In this document: positions 17,721 to 22,636 of the stretch, one piece after another
Numbering within the stretch: the first letter of the stretch is position 1
Layout: every line of letters begins with the position of its first letter
Origin: Pseudomonadota bacterium
Lineage (GTDB): Bacteria > Bdellovibrionota > FAC87 > UBA2466
Assembly: GCA_043718025.1 (NCBI GenBank)
Contig: JAYSWN010000159.1
Coordinates: 1-22,636, forward strand
Reading direction: 5' to 3'
Length of the DNA stretch: 22,636 nucleotides
Program-made: the position numbers and the translations under genes
Notes under the pieces: model-generated
Seen by the model: only the letters and a program-made list of their open reading frames with translations
What the model was told of the DNA's origin: nothing
Database searches by the model: none

Positions 17721-18098
17721 TCAAAGTACCTCAGGAGCCAGCGAAATGATCTTCATGAAACCGTCTTTGTTTGGCATCCGAAGCTCACGAGCCACGGGAC
17801 CAAAGATACGGGTTCCCACAGGCTCAAGGTTATTATTTAAGATCACGGCGGCGTTATCATCAAAACGAATCAAGGAACCATCTTGGCGACGAATTTCTTT
17901 TCTCGTACGAACGACAACGGCTTTAGATACGGTACCCTTCTTCACTTTAGAAGTGGGGAGAGCTTCCTTGATCGCAACAACGATCACATCGCCAATACTA
18001 GCGTAACGGCGGCGACTACCCCCAAGAACCTTAAAGCACATCACTTCTTTGGCGCCGGAATTATCGGCTACCGTCAATCTGGTGTAGTTTTGAATCAT
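17721..18098 (-). CDS. rplN: 50S ribosomal protein uL14
   Basis: [40 protein letters not shown]. Confidence 0.99.
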   Translation of the reverse strand: MIQNYTRLTVADNSGAKEVMCFKVLGGSRRRYASIGDVIVVAIKEALPTSKVKKGTVSKAVVVRTRKEIRRQDGSLIRFDDNAAVILNNNLEPVGTRIFGPVARELRMPNKDGFMKIISLAPEVL

Positions 18099-18364
18099 GT
18101 TGCAGCTCGCTTTTCGATTTTCAATATCTGAAAATTTTTCTTTGCTGATAAGCGACGGGTAGAGACGGCAGTAATTAAATCGCCAATCTTACTTTCATTT
18201 TTTTCGTCATGAACAAAAATACGGTTACTACGCGCGACGCCCTTATGATACAGGCGATGCTGCTGAGAACGCTTTGTCTCAATAATCCGAGTCTTATTCA
18301 TTTTATCGCTTACGACAACACCTGTGATCTTTTGGTGGTGGCTGGGCTTTACGGTTAGCTCCAT
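18095..18364 (-). CDS. rpsQ: 30S ribosomal protein uS17 (divergent)
   Basis: [22 protein letters not shown]; canonical position. Confidence 0.95.
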   Translation of the reverse strand: MELTVKPSHHQKITGVVVSDKMNKTRIIETKRSQQHRLYHKGVARSNRIFVHDEKNESKIGDLITAVSTRRLSAKKNFQILKIEKRAAT

Positions 18365-18367
18365 GGC

Positions 18368-18661
18368 TTATTCCTTATCCTTCTTAGTCGTAGCCGTCTT
18401 TTTGGTCGGCTTAGAGGCCGCTTTCTTTGCCTTAACTGGTTTGTCTGAAACCGGTTTGGCTGTACGGGCAATTCCAAGGTTTTCTTCGGATAGTATTGTC
18501 AAACCGCGTGCAATATCCCGCCTCAATTTAATGAAAATACTGGTGTCTTTTGCTTCGCTGGTCTGCGCTTTGAAACGACTTCTAAAAAGTTCTTCCTTCC
18601 ATTGGAGAACCTTTCCCTGGATTTCTTCTTTCTTTAACTGACGTAATTCTTTCGCTTCCAT
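18368..18661 (-). CDS. rpmC: 50S ribosomal protein uL29 with Lys-rich tail
   Basis: AKELR, ELFRSRF, LRRDIARGLTIL; lies between rplP and rpsQ. Confidence 0.93.
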   Translation of the reverse strand: MEAKELRQLKKEEIQGKVLQWKEELFRSRFKAQTSEAKDTSIFIKLRRDIARGLTILSEENLGIARTAKPVSDKPVKAKKAASKPTKKTATTKKDKE

Positions 18662-19077
18662 TAGAGTGTCTGACCTCTCTCAATTATACGAGTACGGACT
18701 GGAAGTTTATGAGAAGCAAGCGTAAGCGCCGCTTCAGCAACTTCACGCGTAACGCCTTCCATTTCAAATAGGATCCGCCCTGGTTTCACAACCGCAACCC
18801 AATACTCTGGGGCTCCCTTGCCGCCACCCATACGGGTTTCAGCAGGTTTGCGGGATACCGGTTTGTCTGGAAAAATGCGAATGAACATTTTCCCAACTTT
18901 TTTCGCGTGGCGGGCAATGGCAACACGACTGGCTTCGATCTGACGGGCGGTAACCCGACCGCATTCTACAGTCTGGAGACCGAAATCTCCAAAATTCAGG
19001 TCTGAGCCACGGTAGGCTTTCCCCTTCATCCGTCCCTTTTGAACCCGTCGGTATTTTACGCGCTTTGGACTAAGCAT
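18661..19077 (-). CDS. rplP: 50S ribosomal protein uL16
   Basis: [28 protein letters not shown]. Confidence 0.99.
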   Translation of the reverse strand: MLSPKRVKYRRVQKGRMKGKAYRGSDLNFGDFGLQTVECGRVTARQIEASRVAIARHAKKVGKMFIRIFPDKPVSRKPAETRMGGGKGAPEYWVAVVKPGRILFEMEGVTREVAEAALTLASHKLPVRTRIIERGQTL

Positions 19078-19780
19078 TTTTCACACCTTCCGCTCTGTCA
19101 ACGGGGGCCACCGGCGTAGATTGCGCTGTTTCGGCAAACTCAGACCGGGTCTGCTTACCAATAACTTCACCTTTATAAACCCAAACCTTAATCCCAATTA
19201 AACCGTAGGTAGTAAGCGCTTCGGCAGTTCCGTAATCAATATCGGCGCGTAACGTATGCAATGGGACACTGCCCTCAGCATAACGCTCCACCCGCGCAAT
19301 TTCGGCTCCACCAAGACGACCAGAACACTGGATCTTGATTCCGCTAACGCCAAATTTGAATGCCTGAGTCATCGCTTTTTTCATGGCGCGTCTAAAGGCA
19401 ACACGTTTCTCAAGTTGATCGGCAATGTTCTCGGAAATTAGCTGCGCGTCGGCCTCAGCCTTACGAACTTCTAGAACGTTTACAAAAATTTCGGATTTCG
19501 AGAGTTTCTGAGCTTCGCCACGAAGCTGGTCGATACCCGATCCCTTTTTTCCAATCACAATACCCGGTCGAGCAGTATGAATGTTGATCTTCATTTTGCC
19601 GGCCACGCGTTCGATATCGATACGCGATACGCCAGCATGGCGGAGCTTCTTCTTCAGAAACTCCCGCACTTTTAGATCTTCATGAAGAAAACTGGCGTAG
19701 TCACGAACGCTGAACCAGCGGGACGACCACGTTTTATTGACGCCTAATCGGAAACCAATTGGATGTGTCTTCTGACCCAC
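19070..19780 (-). CDS. rpsC: 30S ribosomal protein uS3
   Basis: [46 protein letters not shown]. Confidence 0.99.
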   Translation of the reverse strand: MGQKTHPIGFRLGVNKTWSSRWFSVRDYASFLHEDLKVREFLKKKLRHAGVSRIDIERVAGKMKINIHTARPGIVIGKKGSGIDQLRGEAQKLSKSEIFVNVLEVRKAEADAQLISENIADQLEKRVAFRRAMKKAMTQAFKFGVSGIKIQCSGRLGGAEIARVERYAEGSVPLHTLRADIDYGTAEALTTYGLIGIKVWVYKGEVIGKQTRSEFAETAQSTPVAPVDRAEGVKNA

Positions 19781-19782
19781 TG

Positions 19783-20118
19783 TTATCTAGCCTCGCCCAA
19801 AATAATCGTCACATGACTCATTTTCTTAAGAATTTTATACGCTCGTCCCATTGCTCGAGGCATGAAGCGTTTCATGATCGGTCCATCGTCTACCATCACG
19901 TTTCTAACGAACAAATTATCGACGTCGATGCCGCCCTTTTCTTTTGCATTCGCCACGGCCGAATCCAAAAGTTTAGAGAGAATCTCGCCGCCCTTTTTCT
20001 GACTAAACTTTAACTGAAAATGCGCCTTCTCGACGGTCAGACCTTTCGCGAGATTTGCCACCAGCCTCATTTTTCGAGGGGTGATACGCGCGTATCGAAG
20101 CTTCGCTTGAACGTCCAC
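19783..20118 (-). CDS. rplV: 50S ribosomal protein uL22
   Basis: [28 protein letters not shown]. Confidence 0.98.
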   Translation of the reverse strand: MDVQAKLRYARITPRKMRLVANLAKGLTVEKAHFQLKFSQKKGGEILSKLLDSAVANAKEKGGIDVDNLFVRNVMVDDGPIMKRFMPRAMGRAYKILKKMSHVTIILGEAR

Positions 20119-20120
20119 GA

Positions 20121-20408
20121 TTACGCCCCTTCCTCAACCTTGGTTTTACGATCGCCTGAGTGCGCAACAAAGGTTCTTGTGTGTGCGAACTCTCCAAGTT
20201 TATGGCCGACCATATTTTCTGAAATATAGACCGGTATAAACTTTCTTCCGTTGTGAACTGCCATCGTCAGACCAAGCATTTCGGGAACGATAGTTGAACG
20301 ACGTGACCAAGTCTTAATGACTTTTTTGTCGTTAGTCGCTATCGCCTTCTCCGCTTTCTTCAGCAAATGGGCATCAACAAAAGGACCTTTTTTAATTGAA
20401 CGAGCCAT
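20121..20408 (-). CDS. rpsS: 30S ribosomal protein uS19
   Basis: [29 protein letters not shown]. Confidence 0.99.
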   Translation of the reverse strand: MARSIKKGPFVDAHLLKKAEKAIATNDKKVIKTWSRRSTIVPEMLGLTMAVHNGRKFIPVYISENMVGHKLGEFAHTRTFVAHSGDRKTKVEEGA

Positions 20409-20434
20409 CTTAATTAAACCTACTCAAGTAAAAA

Positions 20435-21256
20435 TTAACGTCTCCGCTTAATGACGAAACGGTTTGTCCGTTTAGAATTACGCGTTTTCAAACCTTTGCA
20501 CTTCTTACCCCAAGGAGTTACCGGATGACGACCACCCGAACTCTTGCCCTCGCCGCCACCAAGAGGATGGTCGACCGGGTTCATCGAAACGCCTCGGTTA
20601 TGCGGACGGAAACCGAGCCAACGCATGCGGCCGGCTTTTCCGATCACAACATTTTCGTGCTCAAGATTTCCAACCTGACCGATAGTTGCCCAGCAATCTT
20701 CATTTACGATACGAAGTTCGCCTGAGGGCATGCGAAGCTGCGCATAACCTTTTTCAAATCCCAAAAGTTGAGCCATCGCACCGGCGCTGCGGACTAAACG
20801 TCCACCGTCACCAGGACGAATTTCAAGGTTGTGTACAGTGGTACCAGCTGGAATCTTCTTTAGGGGAAGCGCATTGCCGACCTGAATGTCTGCGGTCTCA
20901 GAGGCAACCACTGAGTCGCCAACCTTCATGCCGTTGCAGGCAATCATGTAGCGCTTTTCACCATCTTTATAGTTAATGAGAGCGATCCGGGCAGTGCGGT
21001 TCGGATCATATTCCAACGCCGCAACTTTTCCTGGCACTTCGCGCTTGTCGCGATTGAAATCGATAATACGGTATTTTCGTTTGTGTCCACCGCCACGAAA
21101 CCGCGACGTGATACGACCCAGACTATTTCGGCCACCGGTGGAGCGTTTGCCCTCGACGAGACGTTTTTCAGGACGTTTTTTTGTCAACTCAGAGAAATCA
21201 AGCTGAGTGATAAATCTTCGCGAAGGAGTCGTTGGATTGAATAACTTAATTGCCAT
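20435..21256 (-). CDS. rplB: 50S ribosomal protein uL2
   Basis: [42 protein letters not shown] 21256 (MAIKLF). Confidence 0.99.
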   Translation of the reverse strand: MAIKLFNPTTPSRRFITQLDFSELTKKRPEKRLVEGKRSTGGRNSLGRITSRFRGGGHKRKYRIIDFNRDKREVPGKVAALEYDPNRTARIALINYKDGEKRYMIACNGMKVGDSVVASETADIQVGNALPLKKIPAGTTVHNLEIRPGDGGRLVRSAGAMAQLLGFEKGYAQLRMPSGELRIVNEDCWATIGQVGNLEHENVVIGKAGRMRWLGFRPHNRGVSMNPVDHPLGGGEGKSSGGRHPVTPWGKKCKGLKTRNSKRTNRFVIKRRR

Positions 21257-21257
21257 C

Positions 21258-21536
21258 TCAGCTTGCGACAAAATCGAACTTGTCGCCCTCCCGCAGTTTT
21301 ACGATCGCTTTTTTCCACAGTTTGCGCGGCCCCGCTTGGCGGCCCAGCTTGCGGGATTCGCGTCGATTGATTTGGGTGTTAACTCGCAATACTTTCACAC
21401 CAAAAAGCTTTTCAACCGCTTGTTTGATTGCGGTACGATTCGCTTCAATTGACACTTCAAATGCATACTCATTCAAACTAGCGGCATGCCTGGTGTTTTT
21501 CTCGGTGACCAGAGGCCGTTTAATAATGTCAAACAT
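21258..21536 (-). CDS. rplW: 50S ribosomal protein uL23
   Basis: [31 protein letters not shown]. Confidence 0.97.
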   Translation of the reverse strand: MFDIIKRPLVTEKNTRHAASLNEYAFEVSIEANRTAIKQAVEKLFGVKVLRVNTQINRRESRKLGRQAGPRKLWKKAIVKLREGDKFDFVAS

Positions 21537-22167
21537 TAGTCAACCTCTCGGAAAGCTTGCGCACAGCCGACTGACTGATCACTAAGTTTTTATATTTAAG
21601 AAGGTCAAAAACGTTGACCCCTTCAGGTTTCAATAGCTTCACGGCCTTCACATTACGAAGGCTCTGATTAAAACTTTTTTCAGCTTCGCTTTCATCGCCG
21701 TTCACGACCAAGGCTTGCTTCAATCCCAGGTTTTTCATGAACTGTGATGCGGCTTTCGAGCTGACTTTCTCAAGGCTCATTTTATCAATTACGAAAAGGC
21801 GATCTTCCTTTTGGTTCAAAGTGAGCGTGCTACACAAGGCAGCCTTCATCACTCTTTTATTGATTTTGTGCTTAACTCGACGCGGCTTTGGGCCATGAGC
21901 CTTACCGCCACCAGAAAAGATAGGAGCTTTAGCGTCGCCATGGCGAGCCTGCCCGGTTCCCTTCTGTTTAAACATTTTCTTGCCGGTACCCGCCACTTCA
22001 GAGCGAGTACGAGAATTAGCAGTGCGGTACTCATACCACCATGCCATTTGGGCACGAACAGCTTCATTGATAAGATGGGGCTTCACTTCGCCAGCGAAGA
22101 CAGCATCACTCAAATCGATCTGGCCGATCTTCTTTTTTGCAATGTCATAAAGCGGTAACGACGGCAT
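21529..22167 (-). CDS. rplD: 50S ribosomal protein uL4
   Basis: [35 protein letters not shown]. Confidence 0.97.
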   Translation of the reverse strand: MPSLPLYDIAKKKIGQIDLSDAVFAGEVKPHLINEAVRAQMAWWYEYRTANSRTRSEVAGTGKKMFKQKGTGQARHGDAKAPIFSGGGKAHGPKPRRVKHKINKRVMKAALCSTLTLNQKEDRLFVIDKMSLEKVSSKAASQFMKNLGLKQALVVNGDESEAEKSFNQSLRNVKAVKLLKPEGVNVFDLLKYKNLVISQSAVRKLSERLTNV

Positions 22168-22173
22168 ACTTCC

Positions 22174-22482
22174 TCACAACGTAATACTCACATCAATGCC
22201 CGCAGAGAGATCCAGCTTCATGAGGGAGTCAATGGTGTGTTGGGTCGGCTCAAGAATATCAATTAAACGCTTGTGGGTACGGATCTCGAACTGCTCACGG
22301 GACTTTTTATCCACATGAGGAGAACGGAGAACCGTATAACGATTTATCTTCGTTGGAAGCGGGATAGGCCCCGCCACCTTGGCACCCGTGCGTTTAGCTG
22401 TATCGACAATCTCCGAGACTGATTGGTCTAGGAGTTTATAATCGAAGGCTTTTAACCTAATTCGAATTTTTTGACTCTGCAC
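22174..22482 (-). CDS. rpsJ: 30S ribosomal protein uS10
   Basis: [34 protein letters not shown] 22482 with GGAG upstream. Confidence 0.99.
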   Translation of the reverse strand: MQSQKIRIRLKAFDYKLLDQSVSEIVDTAKRTGAKVAGPIPLPTKINRYTVLRSPHVDKKSREQFEIRTHKRLIDILEPTQHTIDSLMKLDLSAGIDVSITL

Positions 22483-22519
22483 CGCTAACTCCAAAAGGCC
22501 GGGACAATGGCCTCACTAC

Positions 22520-22636
22520 TTAACTAATGATCTCCGTCACCACACCCGCGCCTACGGTACGTCCACCTTCACGAATTGCGAAGCGAACCTCTTTTTCCAT
22601 AGCGATTGGAGTGATGAGCTCAATTTCCACCGCGAC
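22520..22636 (-). CDS. tuf: Elongation factor Tu, C-terminal 38 aa (5' part outside the window)
   Basis: Translated by hand: [38 protein letters not shown]. Confidence 0.97.
   Translation of the reverse strand, partial: VAVEIELITPIAMEKEVRFAIREGGRTVGAGVVTEIIS

Noticed and set aside
17760..17780. Short insertion in uL14 ([12 protein letters not shown])
   Set aside because: About 3 residues in a variable loop; too minor to interpret without an alignment.
8109..22158. Numerous plus-strand and alternate-frame ORFs across the ribosomal operon
   Set aside because: Shadow ORFs of conserved genes with no recognisable motifs; none resembles L3 or L24.

Overview
Bacterial chromosomal window. The RpoA N-terminus and the secY-adk-map-infA-rpmJ-rpsM order suggest a deltaproteobacterial-type lineage (Bdellovibrionota/Myxococcota-like; inference). 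Positions 8.1-22.6 kb hold the end of tuf and a compact minus-strand S10-spc-alpha ribosomal superoperon. It lacks exactly two usual members, rplC (uL3) and rplX (uL24), with no space left for them; these are the two classical 50S assembly-initiator proteins. Several neighbouring r-proteins (uL29, bL17, uS11) carry charged extensions, and about 11 of 29 operon genes appear to start with GTG/TTG. Downstream on the same strand are a TlpA-like thioredoxin, an exported coiled-coil protein, an Slt-type lytic transglycosylase and a small exported protein. These converge on a large membrane/spermidine-synthase-like fusion gene (1568-4558). That gene and a truncated exported-protein gene (599 to the left edge, not in the ORF track) are divergent, with about 970 bp between them. 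Most of that gap is a nested palindrome: two inverted 81-bp copies of a candidate structured, tRNA-Ala-like element, then 87-bp inverted arms, 16-bp MITE-like TIRs and a central GTCATTGCG-type REP-like hairpin.
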